A stretch of DNA of 62,640 nt, counting the filler, from Choristocarpus tenellus KU-1152 (Eukaryota > Protista > Phaeophyceae), in assembly GCA_964200185.2 (NCBI GenBank). It is 14 parts of 14 records of this genome, joined end to end, with 100 filler letters (N's around TTAATTAATTAA, not from the genome) between each part and the next. Parts side by side here need not be neighbours in the genome. Positions count along the whole stretch, not along the records: positions 49,574 to 54,987 come from CAXNAD020010860.1; positions 55,088 to 58,680 come from CAXNAD020019064.1; positions 58,781 to 62,640 come from CAXNAD020017526.1; 11 more parts are not named here. The stretch is one strand, 5' to 3'. A program made the position numbers and the translations under genes. The notes under the pieces were generated by a model, which saw nothing but the letters and a program-made list of their open reading frames with translations, did no database searches and was not told the origin of the DNA. Shown in pieces: positions 52,751-62,640 of the stretch (positions are counted from its first letter, which is position 1; every line of letters begins with the position of its first letter).

Positions 52751-53394
52751 TAATATTACTACTACTACTACTACTATATTATTATTATTGTCAGGGACAG
52801 GTCACCTTTTTGGGGGGGAGGGGATCTCCCGAGATTGATGAGGATAATACTCACACGGTCCATGTACATTTACAAGTGTCGGTCACCTTTTGCCATTTGA
52901 GGCCAGGCCAAGCGATGTGGTGTGTGTCAGACGCACGACTGGCACACGGTAACCCTGACATGAACGGTGGATTCAAAACCGGCAAATTCCGAGATTGTGT
53001 TTTTCTGTTCTGACTGGTCACAACCAATCACATTGAAGATCGATACACATGACACTATTGAGGCTGTCAACATACACCCAGCATACCTTAATCTCATCTT
53101 CTCGCATCCTTTCTGAACCTCATCTCTGGTGGTTCTCTACACACCCCATCCATCACAACAGAACCAGGCCCAATTACATTATATATCATTAATAAGAAAA
53201 AAAATAATCAATTTTGTCGGGGGCTCTTTGCCAGGAAAACGAAATTTCAGAAAATGAGATACATAGAAGTGGCGGTAGGATGTGGCAACTGTTGTCTGAG
53301 GAGGAGGATGGAGACAGGAGGGATGGATCTCTGTCAAATGTCACAGCATGAGGAGGGTATCTGTGCATCATGATCACTATATTGGTATATAGCT

Positions 53395-53622
53395 TATACA
53401 CTAAAAAAGGTACAACTTATATAGTAAAAAGGTGTAACTTACACAGTAAAAAGGTAAAACTTATATACTAAAAAGGTGCATCTTACACAGTAAAAAGGTG
53501 TAACTTATACAGTAAAAAGGTACAACTTATATAGTAAAAAGGTACAGCCTATACAGTAAGAAGGTACAACTTACACAGTAAAAAAGGTACAACAAATATG
53601 CAGTAAAAAAGGTGTAACATAC
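53395..53622. repeat. 22-bp tandem repeat AGTAAAAAGGTACAACTTATAC
   Basis: About 10 diverged tandem copies. Confidence 0.9.
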
Positions 53623-53856
53623 AAAAAAAAAAAAATGACAGATTCATCGATAAACGGGTAGTGTTCACTTCCCTGCACAAACACCTTTTCTATGGGATGA
53701 AAAAAAAGAGGTGCCAATTCATTTTAAAATACTCCTATTTCTAGAAGATTTTTTTTTAATTTCCAACCACGATAAGCGCGTTCCATTCCCCCCCCCCCCA
53801 ACAAGATCAATACTCATCATTAAAACAAAATTAAAAAAAACATATATATATATATA

Positions 53857-54413
53857 CTCCCCTCTGTCCCATATATAAGCCTGTTCCTCTACGCAACTAC
53901 ACCTCCGATTTAAAAATAAAAATAAAATAAAACAAAAAAACTTCTTTTTTTTTGCATCGAGATTCCTCAGAAAATTTTACATTAAGATGAGTAAAATATA
54001 CTTTTTTTAAGAGTATAGGAAGGTCTGGACCGTATTGAAAACATAGGCTACTCTACTCCTCTATTGTGTTTCAGAACGTAATACTGCCTCTGTCACATAC
54101 ATTGCATAGAAAACATAGGCTACTCTACTCCTCTATTGTGTTTCGGAACGTAATACTCCCTCTGTCACCACATACGTCGGTTCTCCCTAACGCATGTAAC
54201 CTCTCTTTGAGATGACCTCCGATTAAAAAAATTATATATATATATATACATATTTTTGCGTTGGATTCCTTTTTGACTTAATAAAAAAAATATTAGAATA
54301 ACTTTTCCTCTCTTTTTCACTCAACGCCTTCAAATCCACCAACTACAGCACCTTCTTGTGGGGGCCTGTCTGTGCCCGCCTAACCTCTGTTCCATACTTT
54401 CAGAACAATTTCG

Positions 54414-54451
<38 letters not shown>

Positions 54452-54593
54452 TTTCATTTATTTTTCGTCCAAACACAATTCATCGTTCATAAAAATTTTT
54501 CGAGGAGTCCAATGCAAAAAATAAAATAAAAATAAAAATCGGAGGTCATCCCGAAGAGGTACATGAGTAAAGGAACAGACTTATGGGACGGAG
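53857..54593. mobile_element. Stowaway-like MITE(s) (Tc1/mariner-derived)
   Basis: TA-CTCCCCTCTGTCCCATATATAAG (53857), a second left end TA-CTCCCTCTGTCAC (54156), and a right end CTTATGGGACGGAG-TA (54593). Subterminal ACCTCCGATT / AATCGGAGGT inverted match. TA flanks on both sides. Confidence 0.7.
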
Positions 54594-54952
54594 TATACAT
54601 ATACATATATATATATATGTATATATGTATCTGTCTACTCTTGAAGCAGTATCACTGTGCGGGCAATGTGGAGTACTTGGTTCGTGTGAACAACAGTTGA
54701 GTCTTACGACTTCGTCCAAGTCCTACTTAGACCCCCAACCACGATATCCTGACTGAATGAGACATCAGTCCACGTCGATCAAGAGATGAGGGAGTCGCCG
54801 TTGGTGCTTTCTTGCTGATGAGCCTTCTTAACCATGCCATAAACCGGTGTACGTCTGACTTGGTCAGTTGAGACTAAGTATGTTTTGTTTTGTTTTGTTT
54901 TTTTTTTTGTTTTTTTTTTTTGTGTGTGTATGTGTGTGTGTGTGTGTGTGTG

Positions 54953-54983
<31 letters not shown>

Positions 54984-55456
54984 TGTGNNNNNNNNNNNNN
55001 NNNNNNNNNNNNNNNNNNNNNNNNNNNNNNNTTAATTAATTAANNNNNNNNNNNNNNNNNNNNNNNNNNNNNNNNNNNNNNNNNNNNTTTTTAAAGACGA
55101 TTTTCGCAAAACAACCATCCTCATAGTCCCGCTCCATCCTCAATTTTGAGAATCTGCTGTTCTCACAACAAAATCGGTAATTTTGACACTTTTTTTGAAA
55201 AAAGTCTCGTTCAAGAAACATTTAAACATGCGGAAAAAAAAAGGTGCATTTCAAACCCTTAAAACTCAATGAAAATGTCCAAACAAAACAAATTCAATAC
55301 TTCAACCTCTTTCAAAGTATGTCCAACAATATTAATAACCAACCTTGTCATCATCAAGCTCAAAACACACACCAAAATCGTCCTCTACACGCACACACCC
55401 ATTTGTTTGTCTCTCACGCGGACACTGTGCAACGTGGGTAGACTTGAAAAACGAAT

Positions 55457-55923
55457 ATGGGGCGCGATGGTTTGGTTCGCCGTGGTGTTTACCTCGGACT
55501 ATTAATCTCTGTTCTAGCTTTGGTTTTTCTAGACTGGGCTGCTGACGTAGATGCTTTCCTACCCTCTACCATTGTTCATCGATCGTCCTCGGGAGAACTA
55601 AGGCAGAGGTGCCGTGTCGCGCATGCTTCTAGTGAGACGACTACTGTGGCTGAAGCCAAGGAAAATTTGAGGCGTGCACTTGACGAGAGTAAGGGGTCAA
55701 CTGTGACCGACAATGTGGTTGCTGCGATTGAGGTAAGAAGTATGCCAGTAAGAGAATGTAGTAGTGCTAGAATGAGTGTTGTCGAACCTGATATGAACCC
55801 AAATCCTGAACCACTGCACATCTTTCTGCTGTACATATGCCAATTAGATGCTTAGTGAACTGAACCCAACGGAGTCTCCTGGGAGAGCATGGCCGCTATT
55901 GACGGGTGACTGGATCTCAAAAG
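55457..55923 (+). CDS. Plastid-targeted PAP/fibrillin-family protein, first two exons
   Basis: Exon 55457-55732 has a hydrophobic signal peptide ending VDA-FLP (ASAFAP-like), a Ser/Arg-rich transit peptide, then AEAKENLRRAL..VVAAIE. Exon 55848-55923 is MLSELNPTESPGRAWPLLTGDWISK, the fibrillin L..LNPT..P....LL.G.W motif. Confidence 0.75.
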
Positions 55924-57749
55924 GTATGAGCAAGGCTTACCACGTGCTCTCTAGGTTGCCAGTAAGTTCACTGCTGTATTGACCGGGTCTTTTGTAGACT
56001 TCAAAGTTCAGTGAAGAGTATTACTTTCCAGGGTTACCCGGAAGGTCTAATGGACGGATCGTATCCTTGGCAGGCCGAGAGTGGAAGTGCACAGGGGAAC
56101 CACCCCGGTCTTGGGGAACCAGCCCTTTCGTACTTTTTTCACTGTTTCAAACAAAGCTTAGGGTGTTTTTACACACAGGTCAGGGTTAGAGTTAACTTTT
56201 GAAAATCTGTGTGAAAAGGTGAGAATTGGTGGATCCTCGAGAGGTGCTTCGTTCCCCAGTACACACGATGTTGCTCACCACTTTTTCTCTAATGTTTCCT
56301 TGGTTTGTTAGGAATACTTTCACACACAAGTTAGGGTTAGGGTTCGGGTTATCATTGAGGTTTAGAGCTAGTTTTTCGAAAATGCGTGTGAAAAAGGGGA
56401 AAAAAAAGTATATTTCAGTGGTGGTTCCCGAAGACGGGGATTGCCTTGTGCACTGCAGTGTCTTAGAGTACTTTTCGCATTTTCAAGTGTCCAACCAACT
56501 TCAAATTTCATGTATTGTGAGGTCTCACTTTTGTGGTAGTGTTGAAATCATCCTTGGATAGCACTTTTTTGCTAGATTTCACAACATCAACCATGTACCT
56601 GAGGCTCCTAACACCATGCACATCTGTGCAATATATCATCTTGGGGGTGTGAGGTATTGAGAAAGGCTGTTAGAGGGTAAAGTATCATGTCTTGTGCGAT
56701 TCTAGAGCAGGAGATGCAAACCACAGTAAGTTGCACATTGCTCCTTGCTTTACTGCAAGCTCTGAATCAGGTTGTATCATCAATCTACGGTGCCTCTGAC
56801 CCTGACATGTTGTGAAAAGCTGCTAACCTGCTTCTCGCCGACTTGTGCAAATGCCACAGTGCCTACCAGCCGATAGACTGAAAGACCAGCGACCAACCAA
56901 TACTAAGTTGTGGTAGAATTGTGGAGTTCACTATTTTTTTATGTCACACAGAAGGCATCTGCAGTTTGCAAGTCAATACATCCATCTTTGAACTCTTCGT
57001 ATTTTTCATTTTCCCTCACGGCAACCTTAACACAGCTAAATCAGGTTAAAATTCTATCTTCCCAGTTTTTCGGAACATTTATTATACCCGTGGATGTACT
57101 CACATGTTGTTCAAGTCAACTAACTCTGTGTGTTTTAGGTGAGGTACTGTGTGTTACCCTGTGTACTTGCTTTGTTCTGGACTCCATCGATGTAGAATTT
57201 AGTCGACATCGAGAAAACCCGTAGATAAATGGGGACTAACTTTCTAGCACAAATTCTGTCATGTGCGTATTTGCCTGGAGAGGTTTAGCATACATGGAGA
57301 TTACTCATTGATCCTGGTGCTTTGCTGCTTGGTAGTGAAGAGACGAGTGCATCTACTCTGAAATCTAAGTTGAAAGATACAAGTTTAATTCACAGAGGAA
57401 TTCAACCTCCCGAGAATAGGTCCGTTTATGAGAAAACGCTGTTCTTATTTTGGCAGTGGTTCAAATAGGGTATTCTATGATGTATTTGGACTGGAAGGGA
57501 TACCAGAGTGTCGTAAGTGTTGGACTGTTGTTGACAATGTCCTGGACACCTTTTTCTTGGGTAAAGCATACACTACCTCGGTGCTGTAAGTCTGTGCCGC
57601 ATTGTCCATAAATTTTGAACATGTTCTTGAAATTCATATCTGAAAGAAGATTTGGAACCCTTGACGAATTTCTCGGTAGGGTCAGCTCTTTTATTATTAT
57701 TACTCCCCATCCACCACAATTTTATCAGCCACAGGAAAAGCCTCCATAT

Positions 57750-58680
57750 CTACCTTGGTGTGTTTTCAAGCTCACCAGACAACTGCCTCTTCCTTACCCC
57801 CGTGCGCTCCACACTGAAGTCATTCCCCCCTTTGTATCTAAGTACTTGATTGTACACCACAAAAACGACCTGCCAAGCCCTCTCAAGTGTGGTTTCATCA
57901 TACTCCTCACACTGTTTCTTAATGACCTTCACCATCTCCTTGATCAACCCAAACCACTCCCCCATCACCTGGCATTTCAAAGACCTGAAGAAGCACAGGT
58001 CCATGGTATTGAGGTCAGGGGAGTTAGATGACTGCGTCACAAGCCTAATCAACCACCCCTAAGTCTTCTCTGCCCCTGACAAGATTTCTGAGTTGCCCTT
58101 GCCTGTGTGGGGGGAGGCACCGTCTTGCTGAATGACGATGTGCTTCCCCTGCAACTAAGGCATCTTGGTCTTGATTGCAGGCAGTAACTCCTCCGTGTGC
58201 CTCTTCCTGTACCAAAATTGGTCTAAATTACAGTCCTGCTCATACACATCCCCCTTTTTATGGTTCTTGCTTGTCCTGTCTGCCGTTTTTGGCGTGCACA
58301 CATGCCAAACACCAAGCTTTCCATCAAAGCTATGAGCCGAATCTGGGCAGTTGTTGGCTGCAATGATAATAGTTTTGGGGATATGACTCTTGTGCTGCAC
58401 AGTAGGGGACCCTGGAAGGTTGCTATCATCCTCATGTGGAAATACCCTAACCCTTTTCCCATCAGCCATCACGTAAAACCAGGTTTCAGCCACATGGATT
58501 GTGTTCACCATGGAGGCGTGCACACCATGTTTCCAGTTCACTTGATCACAAACAAAGTCCATTCTCCATACCTTTTGCCACAGTTTAAGCTTGGGTTTGA
58601 TCCAGCGGTGATTTGGCATGGCCCCCATATCATTCAACCACCTGTTTATGGTGCTCATCCTATAATTCAGCCCCTTGGCG
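57750..58680 (-). mobile_element. Tc1/mariner transposase pseudogene (plant/oomycete DD39D-like clade)
   Basis: IKPKL, IHVAETWFY (first catalytic D changed to A), HKSHIPK, FDGKLGVW, RTSKNHKKG, LLPAIKTKMP*, IQQDGASPH, NSPDLNTMDLCFFRSL, KGGNDF. Two in-frame stops. Confidence 0.92.
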
Positions 58681-58780
58681 NNNNNNNNNNNNNNNNNNNN
58701 NNNNNNNNNNNNNNNNNNNNNNNNTTAATTAATTAANNNNNNNNNNNNNNNNNNNNNNNNNNNNNNNNNNNNNNNNNNNN

Positions 58781-58893
58781 TACCTACTCCGAAATGTTTC
58801 AGAGTAGGTAAAATGTCATGAAAAACCCGTGGGAAGCCAAACCCCAGATGGACAAACAGGGCAAAACTCGTACCCTCTAAGATACTTTCACTC
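58781..58893. mobile_element. MITE family R2 terminal part inside an intron of the Sola-like transposase
   Basis: Ends in CCCTCTAAGATACTTTCACTC, the same TIR as 39008-39027. Followed by AATT and then the minus-strand splice donor. Confidence 0.85.
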
Positions 58894-58899
58894 AATTAC

Positions 58900-61800
58900 C
58901 TGGAGAAGATCTGATCGATTTTGATGTACGTGTGCCCCACCATCAAAAAATATATCTCGACCACACGAATGACACTCGCCGCGACCAACAGCGCCACATA
59001 TCCGAGAAAGAAATTGTTCTTGTTCTCTGAGACGCAGTTGTCGACCTGGCCAGTTGGGGGAGTTGGGAGCGAGGGATGGATAGGTGTGAGGCCGACATGT
59101 CAGCCCATTTCGCCGCGTTTCGTGGAGGAACAGGGTATGTTTCCAGTACTACTAGAGCGCAAGCTCTACATCACCGCCATCATACATGCAGGTTGCAACA
59201 CACAAACCAAAACTAAAGACCGTGCAGTTAGTTACTTGGTGAACGGTATTCAGCGAGTATGTGTTGAGTAGGTCGTGTCAAGATGAAACTTTCTTACCTG
59301 CCAATACGCGTGCTGGATGATGCAACTCCCCGCGTGATCGAGGCAGTTGTGGTACTTGTCAATAAGCCTTGTGAGGGCAAGGTGAGTGGCTGTGCAGACA
59401 AGGTTATAACCTGCGCGAACGATGATGTCCGTCATTAGTTGGCAAATAGTACTCTGCTTACTTATGCATTGCTTAATTGGAGCTAAAAAGAGGGGTAATG
59501 GAATTTTTTTTTGCAAAGTAGAGCAAATACACCCGAATGGCTGATATACATGTCTGTGGGTTTTCCTTCTCATTGATTAGCTCTTACGCTCCTCTCGCCC
59601 TAACCCTAGGCTGAGGTGTAGGAGGGCAGGGGAGCACAACGCATCATCAGTTAATCAACTGTTCACTAGGCCTGCGGTATCTGTAGGCACATCGTGTAAG
59701 GATGTACTCGTCCTCGGGTATCTAATCTACGGCAGATCCGCTCGCCATGACGGTAAACCAAGTGGTGCGTGCGCAACCAGCATCTATTCAGTCATATGAC
59801 TGTTTGCCACGACCCACAATACGTACCTCCTCTAAGATTGATAGGAGTGAAGAACACCTCCACGAACTGGCCTTCGACGTGTGCGGCCATGATCTTCTGG
59901 CGCTCAGAGTAGCCCCTGATAAGAAGGACATGAACCAAAGAAACGTGTAAAGAAAGGTTCTATGGCGTATCGTCATCACGATGAACGGAATAGGTAGTGG
60001 AATTATGTGCGTCTGTTTTGGCGGTTATTTCTTTGGACTTTGCACTCATTCGTAGAATAAAACAGGGTCATCTATTCTGTTCCGCGTGCAGCTGCAAACT
60101 TGTTGTCAGATGGACTATGCGTGCGTGTGGTTACCTGTCACCGCCGGGGGTAGGTGGGTAAATTGCTGGGAGGGCGTGTGCTGTCTGGTTCGCAGCGTCT
60201 ACAGATATGAACACGAAGCCGAGAGGTTTGCCGTCGGCTTTGGCCCGCATGGCACTGCTGCTGCTGTTGGCGATGACCGGCCGATCCGCTTGGATAATCT
60301 GGCGAATGGGGGAGAGCAACATCATGTCTGTAAATCAAATAAATCTGCTCAGAGTTGTAAAAAAATGGCCACTTGTTAACGAGTATCAGGTTAGTAACAA
60401 AAATGGAGTGTAGGTAACAATAAATGTTTGTCTTAGGATATGTTTTTTATTGCTGCGTTCAAGACAAACACAGTATTATCGGGATGGTAGGAAGTACGTA
60501 CGTACAGGGCCGGAAGACCGCTACATGATCTGTCCCTCCCACAGCCCGTTGTAGACGACCGGGAAGCAGTCTATCATACAAGGTGTTTGGGCAGGTAATA
60601 ACAACATTTTTGCGCTGAGTGAGGCTGCTGTTGCTGCCATAAGCACCTGCATGGGAGTCTTCATTAGCAAAAGGCAACAGATGTTCTTCCCAATGGAGGG
60701 CAATGACGGCGACATGTTGCCACTGTACGCTTGTCGCAAAATTAACGCTGGACACCTACCTCTCGATGGTCTAACAGCTCCTTATCGATGGACTCGAGGA
60801 CGGTGGAGTCGTTCGTGGGTTTTACACCAGGCGCATCGTGCCGCTTCTCTTTTAACGTGACACATATGTCACATTTCATAAACTCGCCTCCTACCCTCAC
60901 CCTGATGTTGGGCCTGTCCTCTCTGAGCAATTGGAGGAAGTGCACCCTGCTTACCCGCTTGGAAGGGTCATCAGGATACACCCGTATTGCCTCTTTCCAA
61001 AAATCCTTGTATAGCTCCTAATTTTAAATGTTGGTTGTGTGGGCAAGTGAGGAGTTTTTGAGAAGGAACCCTCGAAGAACACCCCTGCAACATCTCTCGA
61101 AGGTGGGCTGACCAATAACTTGACTGAGAACGCGGAAGACAGGATCAAGCAAGCTTACATCGTGTGTTACGAAAGAGTAAATACAATGATATTCGTAAAT
61201 CTGCCAGGAGCGTCATTCTGTTCGGGCCTCGCCCTCATTTGCAGAAGCGGCAAAGGAGGCGAATCTACCATCATCATCATCATCATTGCGAAGCGCGTTA
61301 GATATATGAAGTACACACTTTTGCTACCAATGTCAGACCGGGCCCGGGGCCGCAGAGTAGGTGTACACGGCATTGAAACAACAGTTATTGTGTCTTCCTT
61401 CGTAAAAGCGACGAAGGGTATTATCATCAACATTGTAGTCTCTACATAACAAACAAAAAAAATAGCCCATGGTAAGAATCTTCACATGTTCTTTTAACCA
61501 TAACATCAGACCGGTTAAAGTAATAAACATCCACCACTCGAAATACTACTTCGATCCACTTCTTCTACGTACTGCTGGGTCAAACGGTTTGCACCTAACT
61601 CCAACACAGGGTGCGGCCAACCTCTCCACAACCAAGGGCAAAACTTACCTCTTTGTTCGCGGCGTAGATCACAATTGTGGACTTGTGAGGCATGAACTGC
61701 CGGTATGTATCAGGCCAGGAGTCTATCCAGGACATCACCAAGTCTCACTTCGGAGCCATCTCCTTATCTTTGTTCGTGCCGTTCCTGTTGTAGTAGCGCA

Positions 61801-62640
61801 CGTATGTATACATATGGGAGATGTGTTGGAGGTGGATACAAGGGACGGGGGATGGAATCCTAGAGGGATCATATGCTAGCAGCGGATCTCTAATTTTGTA
61901 TATATTTACGCGTGTTAACTGCTGCAGCAGCGCAGCGACGGCCGGATGAGATGATATTGTCGAAGCATAAAGAAACATATCGCACGTGTATATACAAACA
62001 TAGGTAACACATAACTCCACGCTGGAGGGATCTCTAACTTTGTATATCAGACATCTAGGCGTGGTAACTGCAAAGTGAAAGTGGTGAGTACGGTCAGATT
62101 ACATTGTTCTGAGATAGAATTACTGTTCAATCATCAAGCAGGGGGGAAAATATACCGGGTACAAATAACACTGTGTACATACGTCAAACCCGCCTCTCCA
62201 CGCCGGTGGATGCTCTTGCGTTAGGTGTGCCGTTGCAAGGGTTGATGACATGATTTGATATTCCAAGCGATGCCTTGAAAAACTGCTTACAGACGGGAAT
62301 GCCAGCCGCGAGCATAGATCCGCCTCCAGATCCCAACTTAATCACAGGTACACGGTTGCCAACGAAGTGCTTGCGATCGCAGCGGTTCTCACACGCCCGG
62401 ATGATGTCCTACTCTTTGGTCAACGTGCGTGCAAGGAAGGACTCGCTATCTGCCGCGAACTTCTTCACACAGGCTAAGCACTTGCAGCAGTCATCCTGTT
62501 CGTTTACCGGGATGGGTTCAGCCCATCCTCGGCGAAGCTTGGCGCCGGTCGCTGAAGCGTCATTGGTAGAAAGCTCCAGCACATCATTGTTGGCGGGCTG
62601 GTGAGGGGGCAACACAGGGGGAGACGCAGGCGACAAACGC
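58900..62640 (-). pseudogene. Intron-rich Sola/DUF7869-like DDD transposase gene, at least 7 exons, two premature stops
   Basis: Exons >=62640-62194, 61784-61649, 61017-60760, 60298-60135, 59915-59827, 59410-59298 and 59045-58900 join in phase. Motifs CCKCLAC..GIPVCKQFFKASLGIS, FMPHK, FMKCDIC..H, ISVDAANQ..LP, GGYNLV, WQVDNCVSENKN and FLMVGHTYIKIDQIFS. Stops TAG at 62411-62409 and TGA at 61747-61745. The first donor is GC. Confidence 0.85.

Noticed and set aside
3068-58780. Regularly recurring TTAATTAATTAA palindrome in N runs, as a biological repeat or CRISPR-like array
   Set aside because: Exact 100-bp synthetic contig spacers with six-frame stops.
60955-60975. CTGATGA hammerhead-like core on the minus strand
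   Set aside because: No GAAA partner, and it lies in a transposase exon (PDDP codons).
61745-62411. In-frame TAG and TGA in the transposase as stop-codon reassignment or readthrough
   Set aside because: Host genes in the window have no internal stops and RSPH14 ends normally in TGA. Single C-to-T decay is the simpler explanation.
1-62640. tRNA, rRNA, CRISPR arrays, prokaryotic operons or endogenous giant-virus genes
   Set aside because: None recognisable by eye; no covariance-model or homology search could be run.

Overview
Eukaryotic, intron-rich, repeat-rich genomic DNA, most likely a brown alga or close photosynthetic stramenopile relative (inference from a bipartite plastid-targeting leader, flagellar genes, TTAGGG motifs and the TE types). 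The window is not one locus. It is 14 draft contigs joined by 13 artificial 100-bp spacers (N44-TTAATTAATTAA-N44), so adjacency across spacers is meaningless, and the supplied ORF track is mostly noise because the real genes are spliced. Manual exon reconstruction (splice sites plus phase compatibility) recovers partial genes for an Aurora kinase, RSPH14, IQCA1/DRC11, a TMF1-like golgin, a plastid fibrillin/PAP protein, an RWD-like protein, a sulfotransferase-like protein and a large Cys-rich repeat protein with two GC-AG introns. Mobile DNA includes a decayed Copia element, a decayed mariner-type transposase with a Stowaway-like MITE, CRE-like (RLE-type) non-LTR 3' fragments, and two abundant MITE families that share an AAAGTATCT terminal core. 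The most striking items are (i) a seven-exon, phase-consistent, spliced Sola/DUF7869-like DDD transposase pseudogene with one of those MITEs 6 nt inside one of its own introns, and (ii) a CRE-like retroelement fragment flanked by an inverted copy of its own 3' end (pseudo-TIRs) inside an Aurora kinase intron. All family assignments come from motif recognition by eye; no database search was run.
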